Under the pieces are notes generated by a model that was given only the letters and a program-made list of their open reading frames with translations, made no database searches and had not been told where the DNA came from. 64,000 bases of DNA, taken from assembly GCA_041916535.1 (NCBI GenBank), contig JAYRZG010000007.1:41216-105215 (forward strand). The letters run 5' to 3'. The stretch's first letter is position 1; the number at the start of each line of letters is the position of its first letter. Origin of the DNA: Fuscovulum sp. Its GTDB lineage: Bacteria > Pseudomonadota > Alphaproteobacteria > Rhodobacterales > Rhodobacteraceae. The translations under genes were made by a program, and so were the position numbers. Below are positions 10,056-19,092 of the stretch, piece after piece.

Positions 10056-11570
10056 CTAGACCCCCTTTACCCCGGCCAGCCGGAACGAGACCGCCTCGGC
10101 GATATGGCGTTTCCGCACCGCCTCTTCCCCGTCGAGATCGGCGATGGTCCGCGCCACCCGCAACACCCGGTGATAGCCGCGCGCCGACAGACCCATGCGT
10201 TCCGCAACCTGCGAGATCAGCATCCGCCCCTCGGCATCGGGCGCGGCATGCCGTTCCAGCATCTCGCCTTCCAGATCGGCATTGACCCGCAGCGCGCTGC
10301 CCGGCCCGAATCTCTCGGCCTGCACCGCCCGCGCCTGCGCCACCCGCGCCGCGACCTGGGCCGAAGCCTCGCCCGTCGCGGGCAGGTCAAGATCGCTATA
10401 GGCCACCGGCGGCACTTCGACCCGCAGGTCGAACCGGTCCATCAGCGGTCCCGAGATGCGGCCCATGTAATCCTCGCCGCAGAGGGGCGCGCGGCCGCAG
10501 GCGCGCGACGGATCGCTCAGATAGCCGCATTTGCACGGGTTGGCCGCCGCGATCAGCAGAAAGCGGCAGGGATAGCGCACATGGGCATTGGCCCGCGCCA
10601 CCATGACCTCGCCGGTCTCGATCGGCTGGCGCAGGGTTTCCAGCACGGCGCGCGGGAATTCGGGGAATTCGTCCAGGAACAGCACGCCATTATGCGCCAG
10701 GCTGATTTCGCCCGGCTTCGCCCCCTTGCCGCCACCGACGATGGCCGCCATCGAGGCGGTGTGATGCGGTTCGCGGAACGGCCTTTGCCGCGAGATGCCG
10801 CCCTCGCTCAACAGCCCTGCAAGCGAATGGATCATCGAGGTCTCCAGCGCCTCGGCCGGGGTCAGCGGCGGCAATATGCCCGGCAGACGCGCCGCCAGCA
10901 TGGATTTGCCCGAACCGGGCGTGCCGATCATGATCAGGTGATGCCGCCCTGCCGCCGCGATCTCCAGCGCGCGGCGGGCGCGTTCCTGGCCCTTCACATC
11001 GCGCAGATCGCGCCCCGAAGGCCCCGGCACCACCTCGCCCGCCCGCGCCTGCGGCAGGGGCGCCTGGCCGGTGTAATGGCGCACCACCTCGTCCAGCGAC
11101 CCCGCCGCCAGCACTTCGGCGGCCCCCACCCAAGCAGCCTCCGCGCCCGAGGCGCGCGGGCAGAGAAGCGCGCGATCCTCTTCCGCTGCGGCCATCGCGG
11201 CGGGCAGGGCGCCCAGAACGGGCATCAGGCGCCCGTCCAGCGACAATTCCCCCAGCGCGACCGTATGCTCGATCTCGTCCTTGGGGATGATCTCGATCGC
11301 GGCCAAGAGCGCCAGCGCGATGGGCAGGTCGAAATGGCTGCCCTCTTTCGGCAGATCGGCGGGCGAGAGGTTGACGGTGATCTTTTTCGAGGGCAGCGCG
11401 ATCGACAGCGCCTGCAGCGCCGCCCGCACCCTTTCGCGCGCTTCCGAAACCGCCTTGTCGGGCAGGCCGACCAGCGCAAAGGTCGGCGGCCCGGTGGTGA
11501 CGGCGCATTGCACCTCGACCATGCGGGCCTCGATCCCCTCGAAGGCCACCGTATAGGCCCGCGCCACCAT
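10056..11570 (-). CDS. YifB/ComM family Mg-chelatase-like AAA+ ATPase
   Basis: 504 aa. It has an N-terminal Lon-protease-like domain, Walker A GTPGSGKS, a Cys cluster (CKCGYLSDPSRACGRAPLCGEDY) and a C-terminal Mg-chelatase subunit ChlI-like tail. Confidence 0.9.
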   Translation of the reverse strand: MVARAYTVAFEGIEARMVEVQCAVTTGPPTFALVGLPDKAVSEARERVRAALQALSIALPSKKITVNLSPADLPKEGSHFDLPIALALLAAIEIIPKDEIEHTVALGELSLDGRLMPVLGALPAAMAAAEEDRALLCPRASGAEAAWVGAAEVLAAGSLDEVVRHYTGQAPLPQARAGEVVPGPSGRDLRDVKGQERARRALEIAAAGRHHLIMIGTPGSGKSMLAARLPGILPPLTPAEALETSMIHSLAGLLSEGGISRQRPFREPHHTASMAAIVGGGKGAKPGEISLAHNGVLFLDEFPEFPRAVLETLRQPIETGEVMVARANAHVRYPCRFLLIAAANPCKCGYLSDPSRACGRAPLCGEDYMGRISGPLMDRFDLRVEVPPVAYSDLDLPATGEASAQVAARVAQARAVQAERFGPGSALRVNADLEGEMLERHAAPDAEGRMLISQVAERMGLSARGYHRVLRVARTIADLDGEEAVRKRHIAEAVSFRLAGVKGV

Positions 11571-11571
11571 A

Positions 11572-11608
11572 CCCGACTCCGTTTAACCTTGGTTAATCGG
11601 TAGTCGGG
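11572..11608. promoter_or_regulatory. 37-bp near-perfect palindrome abutting the comM-like start codon
   Basis: CCCGACT-ccgt-TTAACC-tt-GGTTAA-tcgg-t-AGTCGGG. On the mRNA strand, the 3' arm contains the GGAG Shine-Dalgarno of the ATG at 11570. Confidence 0.45.
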
Positions 11609-11646
11609 CAATGGTTAGCGGAAGGTAAACACCAGCCGCGCAAGGC

Positions 11647-11667
11647 CGATTTTTCGCCGAAAAATCG
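11647..11667 (-). terminator. Short AT-rich-stem hairpin after the GST gene
   Basis: CGATTTTT-cgccg-AAAAATCG lies just downstream of the GST stop at 11681 on the minus strand. Confidence 0.35.
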
Positions 11668-11680
11668 CGGCACCGCCGGT

Positions 11681-12562
11681 TCAGGCCGGCGCGCCTTCAA
11701 GAAGGGCGCGGAACTTTGGCCAGGCTTCCGGGTCTGCCACGGTCTTGTCGCGGCAGAAGGCGTTGCAGAAGCCGAAGCGGCGGCCCTGAACCTCAAGCAC
11801 ATGGGTGACCGGCTTGCCGGAATAGGGGCAGGCGTCGTTTTCGGCCTCGGTCCCCGCAACGGCGCGGGCGGGCAGCGGCACCGGGCCGGGCCAGTCGCGC
11901 CGCTTGTAGTCGCGGCGGTAGAAATCCTGATCCGCACCATCGACCAGCCCCATCGCCCGCCAGCGCCGGAACGAGGGATGCGCCAGATGGGCGTTCACAT
12001 AGGCCATGGCGGCCGGGCCGACCGGCAGGTTGTAACCGGCGATCCGCCCCGCGACAGGGGCGAAGAACGCATCCGCCGCCGAATAGTCGCCGCAGAGCCA
12101 GGGGCCGCGCGATCCCGTCGCCGCGCGTGCCCAGGCCCAGATCTCCTCAAGCCGCGCCAGATCGGCCAGAACCTCGGGCGGCGGGACGCAGTCTTCATAG
12201 CTGACCCTCAGGTTCATCGGGCAATGGCTGCGCAGGGCTGCGAAACCTGCGTGCATTTCGGCGGCCAGAACGCGGGCCGTGGCCCGCGCCACCGGCGCTT
12301 CGGGCCAGAGCCCGGCCTCGGGATGGCGCGTGGCAAGCTCCTCGGCGATGGCGATGGTCTCGGGCACCACCGTGCCTTCCGGCGTGCGCATGGTGGGCGC
12401 GGTGCGGGCGGGACGATAGTCCTGCAACAGCTTCGGCAATTCGTCGGTGTAAAGCCGCGCCGAATGGGTGCGGACCGGAATGTTGAAGGCGTCGAACAGA
12501 AGCCAGCCACGCAGGGACCAGCTTGAATAGCCGCGGTCGCCGATCACAAGGTCATAGGTCAT
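11681..12562 (-). CDS. Glutathione S-transferase family protein with Cys-rich C-terminal extension
   Basis: 293 aa. It has an N-terminal thioredoxin-like GST fold (MTYDLVIGDRGYSSWSLRGW) and a C-terminal segment CPYSGKPV...FGFCNAFCRDK. Confidence 0.8.
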   Translation of the reverse strand: MTYDLVIGDRGYSSWSLRGWLLFDAFNIPVRTHSARLYTDELPKLLQDYRPARTAPTMRTPEGTVVPETIAIAEELATRHPEAGLWPEAPVARATARVLAAEMHAGFAALRSHCPMNLRVSYEDCVPPPEVLADLARLEEIWAWARAATGSRGPWLCGDYSAADAFFAPVAGRIAGYNLPVGPAAMAYVNAHLAHPSFRRWRAMGLVDGADQDFYRRDYKRRDWPGPVPLPARAVAGTEAENDACPYSGKPVTHVLEVQGRRFGFCNAFCRDKTVADPEAWPKFRALLEGAPA

Positions 12563-12637
12563 GCCACATCTCCATCGCTGGCGGCAGGGTAGGCGGCGGA
12601 AGGCGCTGCGGGAAACGACGAATTGTGACCCGTTCCA

Positions 12638-13204
12638 TCACGGAATGTGATTGATCGGTCCCGCCCGCCTTACCCCCGCCCCGAACTCGATCTGGGTGAC
12701 CGACAGATTCTCGATCCGATGCGCCAGCGCCGCCTCGGGCGACAGGCCTTCGGCCAGCTGGATTGCCGCGACGATCATGCCGAAATGCGCCACGATGATC
12801 AGCTCGTCCGCCTGACGCGCTAGCCGGGTCAGGGCATCCTCGACCCGTGCGGTCAGCCCGTCCCAGCATTCGCCGCCCGGCGCGCAGACCGTGCCCGGCC
12901 GGTCCCAGAAGGCGCGGGCCAGGACGGGGTCTTCGGCCTCGACCTCGGCCCAGCCGCGCATCTCCCAGCGGCCGAAATGCAGCTCGCGCAGGGCCGGGTC
13001 ATGCGCCAGGCGCGGGCGCGGGGCCAGGGCATCGGCCGTGGCCATGGCGCGCGAAAGATCGGAAGAGATGACCGGCACGACCGGCAGATGGGCGTTCAGC
13101 CGGTCCAGCGCCGCTGTGTCCGACAGATCGGCGGGCAGATCGGTCCAGCCCACCATGGCTTTCGCATGGGTCGGGCCATGGCGCACCAGCCAGAAGCGGC
13201 TCAT
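12638..13204 (-). CDS. Histidine phosphatase family protein (CobC-like alpha-ribazole phosphatase candidate)
   Basis: 188 aa. It has the RHG motif at the N-terminus (LVRHGPT). Its start overlaps the cobU stop (ATGA at 13201-13204). Confidence 0.75.
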   Translation of the reverse strand: MSRFWLVRHGPTHAKAMVGWTDLPADLSDTAALDRLNAHLPVVPVISSDLSRAMATADALAPRPRLAHDPALRELHFGRWEMRGWAEVEAEDPVLARAFWDRPGTVCAPGGECWDGLTARVEDALTRLARQADELIIVAHFGMIVAAIQLAEGLSPEAALAHRIENLSVTQIEFGAGVRRAGPINHIP

Positions 13205-13752
13205 GCCGGAACCGCCGACAGGTCGGGCAGCGCACCTTTCAGCGCCAAAGGCAGGCCCGCCATCACCGCCACCACAAGGCCGGCATCCTGTGCCAGCCGC
13301 TGGTTCAGCCGCCCCTGTTCGTCCCGGAACTGCCGCGACAGCGCGTCGCCCGGCACGATGCCCCAGCCGACCTCATTCGTCACCACGATCACCCGGCCCG
13401 GACAGGCGGCGATGGCAGCGCGCAGACCGGCCATGGCGGCGGGCAGGTCATGCCCGGCCAGAAGGTGGTTGGTCAGCCACAGCGTCGCGCAATCGATCAG
13501 CGTGACGCTCTGCGGCGGCGCAACGGCAAGCGCCGGGCCAAGGTCCAGCGGTGCCTCTAAGGTCTCCCAGTCGCCGCCGCGATCCGCGCGGTGTTGGGCG
13601 ATGCGGTCGGCCATTTCATCATCCAGCGCCTGCGCCGTGGCGACATAGCGGCGCGGCAGGCCGGTGGCGCGGGCCAGGATCTCGGCATGGCGCGATTTGC
13701 CGGACCGGGCGCCGCCGGTGACAAGGGTCAGTTGGGGAAGGTCGATCTGCAT
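13201..13752 (-). CDS. cobU: Adenosylcobinamide kinase / adenosylcobinamide-phosphate guanylyltransferase
   Basis: ORF 13201-13956 trimmed to MQIDLPQLTLVTGGARSGKS (P-loop). The length of about 183 aa is typical of CobU/CobP. Confidence 0.85.
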   Translation of the reverse strand: MQIDLPQLTLVTGGARSGKSRHAEILARATGLPRRYVATAQALDDEMADRIAQHRADRGGDWETLEAPLDLGPALAVAPPQSVTLIDCATLWLTNHLLAGHDLPAAMAGLRAAIAACPGRVIVVTNEVGWGIVPGDALSRQFRDEQGRLNQRLAQDAGLVVAVMAGLPLALKGALPDLSAVPA

Positions 13753-13834
13753 GACCGGGACCCTAGCTGCAGCTTCTGTCCGGGGCCAGAGCCCTTTGTC
13801 TTGCCGTCGGCCCGCGCCTTGTGCATCAGGGGCC

Positions 13835-14644
13835 ATGCGTATTTTGCCCCTCCTTCTTCTCTGCGCGACCCCGGCCCTGGCCGAAAGGATCGACCCTGCC
13901 GCCCTTGACCATCTGCCCACCGCCGATGTGGTGGTGCTGGGCGAGGTGCATGACAATCCCGAACATCACGCCAATCAGGCCCGCGCCGTGGCGGCCCTGC
14001 AGCCCAGGGCGCTGGTCTTCGAGATGTTGACGCAAGCCGAGGCCGCCCGCGCCCCCGCCGACCGCGGCGATGCCGGGGCGCTGGCGGCGGCCTTTGGCTG
14101 GGAAGGCTCCGGCTGGCCCGATTTCGCGCTCTATCACCCGATCTTCCTTGCCGCACCCGAGGCACGGATCTATGGCGGCGAGGTCGAGCGCGATCAGGCG
14201 CGGCTTGCCGTCTCGCAGGGTGCGTCAGCGGTCTTCGGTGCCGATGCCGCCTCATACGGCCTTGACCAGCCGCTGCCCGAAGCCGAGGCCACCGCCCGGG
14301 CGGAGGAACAGTTCAGCGCCCATTGCGGCGCCATGCCGATGGAGATGATGGGCGGCATGGTCGAGGCGCAGCGCCTGCGCGATGCAGCCCTTGCCCGCGC
14401 CGTTCTGCAGGCCATGCAGGAGACCGGCGGCCCGGTCGCCGTGATCACCGGCACTGAACACGCCCGCAAGGATCGCGGCGTTCCGGCCGCCCTTGCCCTT
14501 GCAGCGCCGGGGCTGCATGTGCTGGCGATCGGCCAGACCGAGGAAGACCCCGGGGCCGACGCCCCCTTTGACCTTTGGCTCGTCACCGCGCCCGCGCCGC
14601 GCCCGGACCCCTGCGCCGCCTTCGCCCCCCCTTCGGATGGTTGA
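13835..14644 (+). CDS. ChaN-family (DUF399) periplasmic protein
   Basis: ORF 13664-14644 trimmed to MRILPLLLLCATPALA (signal peptide). It has the GEVHDNPEHH motif typical of the ChaN/Tiki-like family. Confidence 0.7.
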   Translation: MRILPLLLLCATPALAERIDPAALDHLPTADVVVLGEVHDNPEHHANQARAVAALQPRALVFEMLTQAEAARAPADRGDAGALAAAFGWEGSGWPDFALYHPIFLAAPEARIYGGEVERDQARLAVSQGASAVFGADAASYGLDQPLPEAEATARAEEQFSAHCGAMPMEMMGGMVEAQRLRDAALARAVLQAMQETGGPVAVITGTEHARKDRGVPAALALAAPGLHVLAIGQTEEDPGADAPFDLWLVTAPAPRPDPCAAFAPPSDG

Positions 14645-14690
14645 GTTTGCCCCGGCGCGGCCCTAGGGTCGACGCAGCGAAAGGTGGCAC

Positions 14691-15887
14691 ATGCTGGCGG
14701 ACAAGCGCATTCTTCTGATCATCGGCGGCGGCATCGCGGCCTATAAATCGCTCGACCTGATCCGCCGCCTGCGCGAAAGGGGGGCAAGCGTGCGGGCGGT
14801 GATGACCCAGGCCGCCCAGCAGTTCATCACCCCCCTGTCGGTTGGCGCGCTGACGGCGGACCATGTCTTCACCGATCTCTTCGACCGGCAAGATGAACAG
14901 GATGTCGGCCATATCCGCCTGGCGCGCGAGGCCGATCTGATCGTGGTCGCCCCGGCAACGGCGGACCTGATGGCGAAACTTGCTAATGGTCTGGCCGGTG
15001 ATCTTGCCAGCGCCATTCTTCTTGCCACTGACAAGACGGTGCTGATGGCCCCGGCGATGAACCCGCGCATGTGGGCGCATCCGGCGACGCTGCGCAACCG
15101 CGCCACCCTGGCGGCGGATGGCGTGCTGTTCACCGGCCCGGGCCGGGGCGAGATGGCCGAGGCGGGCGAGGCGGGCGAGGGTCGCATGGCCGAACCGCTT
15201 GAAATCGTTGCTGCCGCCGAGGCCGCCCTGGGTGGCGGGCCGCTTGCGGGGCGGCATGTCCTTGTCACCTCCGGCCCCACGCATGAGCCGATTGATCCGG
15301 TACGCTACATCGCCAACCGGTCCTCCGGCGCGCAGGGCACTGCCCTGGCTGCGGCGCTGCGCGATCTGGGGGCCAGCGTAACCTTCGTCACCGGCCCGGC
15401 CACCGTGCCGCCACCGCAGGGCGTGACGGTGATCCGCGTCGAGACCGCGCGCGAGATGCTGGAGGCAGTGCAGGCCGCGCTGCCTGCTGATGCGGCGGTG
15501 ATGGCGGCGGCGGTGGCCGATTGGCGTGTCGCCAATCAGGGCGCGCAGAAGATGAAGAAGGACGGCTCGGGCCGCGCTCCGGCGCTGGAATTCGCCGAGA
15601 ACCCCGACATCCTCGCCACCGTGTCGAAAAGTCCGCAGCGGCCAGGGCTGGTGATCGGCTTTGCCGCCGAGACCGAGAAAGTGGTCGATCACGCCACCGC
15701 CAAACGGCTGCGCAAGGGCTGCGACTGGATCGTCGCCAATGATGTCAGCCCGGCGACCGGCATCATGGGCGGGGCCGAGAACGCCGTGACCCTGATCAGC
15801 GCCACAGGGGCCGAGACATGGGAGCGGATGCCGAAAGCCATGGTCGCTTGCCGCTTGGCCGAACGCATCGCAGAGGCGCTGGCATGA
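14691..15887 (+). CDS. coaBC: Bifunctional phosphopantothenoylcysteine decarboxylase / phosphopantothenate--cysteine ligase
   Basis: 398 aa. It has an N-terminal flavoprotein domain (ILLIIGGGIAAYK) and a C-terminal DFP ligase domain. Confidence 0.93.
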   Translation: MLADKRILLIIGGGIAAYKSLDLIRRLRERGASVRAVMTQAAQQFITPLSVGALTADHVFTDLFDRQDEQDVGHIRLAREADLIVVAPATADLMAKLANGLAGDLASAILLATDKTVLMAPAMNPRMWAHPATLRNRATLAADGVLFTGPGRGEMAEAGEAGEGRMAEPLEIVAAAEAALGGGPLAGRHVLVTSGPTHEPIDPVRYIANRSSGAQGTALAAALRDLGASVTFVTGPATVPPPQGVTVIRVETAREMLEAVQAALPADAAVMAAAVADWRVANQGAQKMKKDGSGRAPALEFAENPDILATVSKSPQRPGLVIGFAAETEKVVDHATAKRLRKGCDWIVANDVSPATGIMGGAENAVTLISATGAETWERMPKAMVACRLAERIAEALA

Positions 15888-16351
15888 GCGTCACCGTCCA
15901 GATCCTGCGCGAGGCCTGGGCCGATCCCGACCTGCCGCTGCCGGAATACCAGACCGCAGGCGCTGCCGGGGCGGATATCGTCGCCAACCTGCCGCCCGAG
16001 ATTCGGTCGCAGGGCGTGACCCTTGCGCCGATGCAGCGCCTGGTCTGCCCCACCGGACTGCGCGTCGCCATTCCTGACGGCTACGAGATGCAGATCCGCC
16101 CGCGCTCGGGTCTCGCCACGAAACATGGCATCACGCTGCCCAATACGCCCGGCACCATCGACAGTGACTATCGCGGCCCCCTGGGCGTGGCGCTGATCAA
16201 CCTGGGACCCGAGGTCTATACGATCCGCCATGGCGATCGCGTCGCCCAGGCGGTGATCGCCCCGGTGATCCGCGCCGCCTATCGGCTGGTCGAGGCGCTT
16301 GATGCGACCGAACGGGGCGAGGGCGGTTTCGGCTCCACCGGCAAAAGATGA
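15884..16351 (+). CDS. dut: dUTP diphosphatase
   Basis: ORF trimmed to the ATG overlapping the coaBC stop (ATGA at 15884-15887). It has dUTPase motifs (AGADI, PRSGLATKHGI, GTIDSDYRG, ERGEGGFGSTG). Confidence 0.93.
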   Translation: MSVTVQILREAWADPDLPLPEYQTAGAAGADIVANLPPEIRSQGVTLAPMQRLVCPTGLRVAIPDGYEMQIRPRSGLATKHGITLPNTPGTIDSDYRGPLGVALINLGPEVYTIRHGDRVAQAVIAPVIRAAYRLVEALDATERGEGGFGSTGKR

Positions 16352-16361
16352 CGGGCGCAGG

Positions 16362-17393
16362 ATGATCGGCCTTCTCGGCTTTGCTGTTCTTTGGGGCCTC
16401 GCGCGCTGGCTGCGCTGGCCGCGCATGCTGGGCTATGGCCTTATCGTCCTGTGGTGGGCGCTTCTTGTCCTGGCCACCGCCCCGCGCCTGGGCGCGCCCG
16501 GCCTTGCCGCCGCGCTGGGCGGCGATTTCCGCCTCTGGGTGCTGCTTGGCCCGCTTGCCGTGCTGGTCGCGGCCTATCTTGCTGGTCTGCGCATCCTCAA
16601 GGCCCGCGCCGCCCCCGCCAAAGCCCCCGCCGCCAGCGGCAGCTTTTCCTCGGCCGAACTTGACCGCTATGCCCGCCACATCCTGCTGCGCGAAATCGGC
16701 GGGCCGGGGCAGAAGGCGCTGAAAGGCGCGAAGATTCTGGTCGTCGGCGCGGGCGGCCTTGGCGCCCCGGCGCTTCTCTACCTCGCCGCCAGCGGGGTGG
16801 GGCGGATCGGCGTGATCGACCCCGATGTGGTCGAGGCGTCGAACCTGCAACGCCAGGTCATCCACACCGAAGACCGTGTGGGCATGGCCAAGGTCTTTTC
16901 GGCCCAAAAGGCATTGCAGGCGCTGAACCCCTTTGTAGAAGTCCTGCCCTATCACCGCGCGCTCGATGCAGAGACTGCCGCTGACCTGATCGCCGACTAT
17001 GACCTGGTGCTGGACGGAACCGACAATTTCGATACCCGCTATCTGGTCAACCGGACCTGCGCCGCGCTGGGCAAGCCGCTGATCGCGGGGGCGATCACGC
17101 AATGGGAGGGCCAGCTTTCGCTGTGGCACCCCGCTGCGGGCGGGCCCTGCTATGAATGCGTCTTCCCCGTGCGCCCCGCGCCCGGCATGGTTCCGACCTG
17201 CGCCGAAGCGGGCGTCGCCTCGCCCCTGCCGGGGGTGATCGGCAGCATGATGGCGATGGAGGCGGTCAAGCACCTGACCCAGGCGGGCGAGACGCTGAAG
17301 GGTCGCCTGATGATCCATGATGCGCTTTACGCCGAAACCCGCACCATCTCGGTGAAAAAACGCCCCGATTGCCCGGTCTGTGGCGCGCGCTGA
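16362..17393 (+). CDS. HesA/MoeB/ThiF family adenylyltransferase with N-terminal membrane segment
   Basis: Start MIGLLGF. About 95 N-terminal residues are hydrophobic. They are followed by the E1-like core (RYARHILLREIGGPGQKALKGAKILVVGAGGLGAP) and two CxxC pairs (CYEC, CPVC). Confidence 0.85.
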   Translation: MIGLLGFAVLWGLARWLRWPRMLGYGLIVLWWALLVLATAPRLGAPGLAAALGGDFRLWVLLGPLAVLVAAYLAGLRILKARAAPAKAPAASGSFSSAELDRYARHILLREIGGPGQKALKGAKILVVGAGGLGAPALLYLAASGVGRIGVIDPDVVEASNLQRQVIHTEDRVGMAKVFSAQKALQALNPFVEVLPYHRALDAETAADLIADYDLVLDGTDNFDTRYLVNRTCAALGKPLIAGAITQWEGQLSLWHPAAGGPCYECVFPVRPAPGMVPTCAEAGVASPLPGVIGSMMAMEAVKHLTQAGETLKGRLMIHDALYAETRTISVKKRPDCPVCGAR

Positions 17394-17486
17394 CCACTTT
17401 TGCCATCCGCGTCGCCCATCCGCATCCGCTTGCAAGCCCCCGGTGGGCCGGGCTAACTGTGACGAAACCAAACGGGAGCCTGACCC

Positions 17487-18275
17487 ATGAACTTCACCGC
17501 CGCCTTCGGCGCCGCCGCGCTGTCCTTTGCCGCCTTTTCGGCCTTCGCCCAGGATCTGCCTGATCTTCAGGGCAAGGAAATCACCATCGTCACCGAAAAC
17601 GCCTATCCGCCCCTGCAATTCGTCGATGGCAGCGGCGCGGCGGTCGGCTGGGAATATGATGCGATGGCGGAAATCGCCAAGCGGCTGAACGTCAAGGTCA
17701 CCTACCAGAACACGTCCTGGGACGCGATGATCCCCGCCGTGGCCGAGGGCCAGTATGACATGGGCATGACCGGCATCACCATCACGGACGAGCGCAAAGA
17801 GCAGGTCGATTTCTCGGACAGCTACATGACCTCGGAATCGGTCATGCTGGTGCGCGGCGACGAATCCCGCTTCACCGACGCTGCCAGCTTCGCCGCCAAT
17901 GCCGACCTGCTGATCGGCGCACAGGCCGGCACCACGCCGTTCTACACCGCCGTCTACTCGGTGCTGGACGGCAATGAGCAGAACCCGCGCATCAAGCTTT
18001 TTGAAACCTTCGGTGCGTCGGTCGAGGCGCTGAAGGCGGGCGATGTCGATCTGGTCCTGACCGACGGCACGGCCGGGGCGGGCTATGTGGCTGCCTCGAA
18101 CGGCGCGCTGAAAGTGGTGGGAACGCCGCTTGGCACCGAGGAGTTCGGCTTCATCTTCCCGAAGGGCTCGGAATTCGCCGCGCCGATCAACGCCGCCATC
18201 GCCAGCCTCAAGGCCGACGGCACGTTCGAGGCGCTGAACAAGAAGTGGTTCCTCGACTACGCCCTGGGCAACTGA
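17487..18275 (+). CDS. Amino-acid ABC transporter substrate-binding protein (family 3)
   Basis: 262 aa. It has a signal peptide (AFSAFAQD) and SBP_bac_3-like sequence. Confidence 0.85.
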   Translation: MNFTAAFGAAALSFAAFSAFAQDLPDLQGKEITIVTENAYPPLQFVDGSGAAVGWEYDAMAEIAKRLNVKVTYQNTSWDAMIPAVAEGQYDMGMTGITITDERKEQVDFSDSYMTSESVMLVRGDESRFTDAASFAANADLLIGAQAGTTPFYTAVYSVLDGNEQNPRIKLFETFGASVEALKAGDVDLVLTDGTAGAGYVAASNGALKVVGTPLGTEEFGFIFPKGSEFAAPINAAIASLKADGTFEALNKKWFLDYALGN

Positions 18276-18303
18276 TCCGGGCAGAAGACGGGGCAGGGGG
18301 CCG

Positions 18304-19086
18304 ATGCTGGGCCCGCAAGGAAAACGGGACGAAGATTTCCCCTGGTGGCTGGTGATCCTTGGGTTCACCGGCCTCTGGCTGTTTTGGGAAGTCCTGTCAC
18401 GCGATTATTACGCCGCCGTCTTGCAGACGCTGGCCAAGGGCATCGGCGTCACGGTCGCCGTTGCCGTCATCGCCTATCTGGGCGCCTGCCTGATCGGCCT
18501 GGGCCTGGCGATGATGTCGCTGTCGCGCCATCTGGTTCTGCGCCAGATCGCCCGGTTGTACATCGAGGTGATGCGCGGCGTGCCGATCATCGTGCTTCTG
18601 CTCTATGTCGCCTTCGCGATCTCGCCCGCCCTGGTGGCCGGGGTGAATGCGCTGGCGGGCGAAGAGGTTTGGCGCCCGCGCGATTTTCCCCTGATCGCCC
18701 GCGCGGCGATCGCGCTGATGCTGGCCTATTCCGCCTTTCTGGCCGAGATCTTCCGCGCCGGGCTTCAGGCCGTGCCTGTGGGCCAGATCGAGGCGGCGCA
18801 GGCCCTGGGCCTGTCGGGCTGGCAGAGGTTCCGCCATATCACCCTGCCGCAGGCCTTCCGGCTGATCCTGCCGCCCCTGGGCAATGATTTCGTCGCCATG
18901 GTAAAGGATTCGTCGCTCGTCTCGGTTCTGGGCGTGGCCGACATCACCCAACTGGCCAAGGTGACGGCGGCGGGCAACTTCCGTTATTTCGAGACCTACA
19001 ATGTCGCGGCGCTGCTGTATCTGGTGATGACCATCGGCCTGTCGCTCTTGCTGCGTCGGATCGAGGCGCGGATGCGGTCGCGCTGA
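18304..19086 (+). CDS. Amino-acid ABC transporter permease
   Basis: 260 aa. It has a polar amino-acid permease (His/Glu/Gln/Arg family) EAA-like loop (EAAQALGLSGWQRFRHITLPQA). Confidence 0.85.
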   Translation: MLGPQGKRDEDFPWWLVILGFTGLWLFWEVLSRDYYAAVLQTLAKGIGVTVAVAVIAYLGACLIGLGLAMMSLSRHLVLRQIARLYIEVMRGVPIIVLLLYVAFAISPALVAGVNALAGEEVWRPRDFPLIARAAIALMLAYSAFLAEIFRAGLQAVPVGQIEAAQALGLSGWQRFRHITLPQAFRLILPPLGNDFVAMVKDSSLVSVLGVADITQLAKVTAAGNFRYFETYNVAALLYLVMTIGLSLLLRRIEARMRSR

Positions 19087-19092
19087 TGTGAA

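Noticed and set aside
15141-15185. Short tandem GAGGCGGGC repeats inside coaBC (encoding AEAGEAGEG)
   Set aside because: It is a low-complexity linker between the two CoaBC domains, in frame and too short to count as a meaningful repeat feature.
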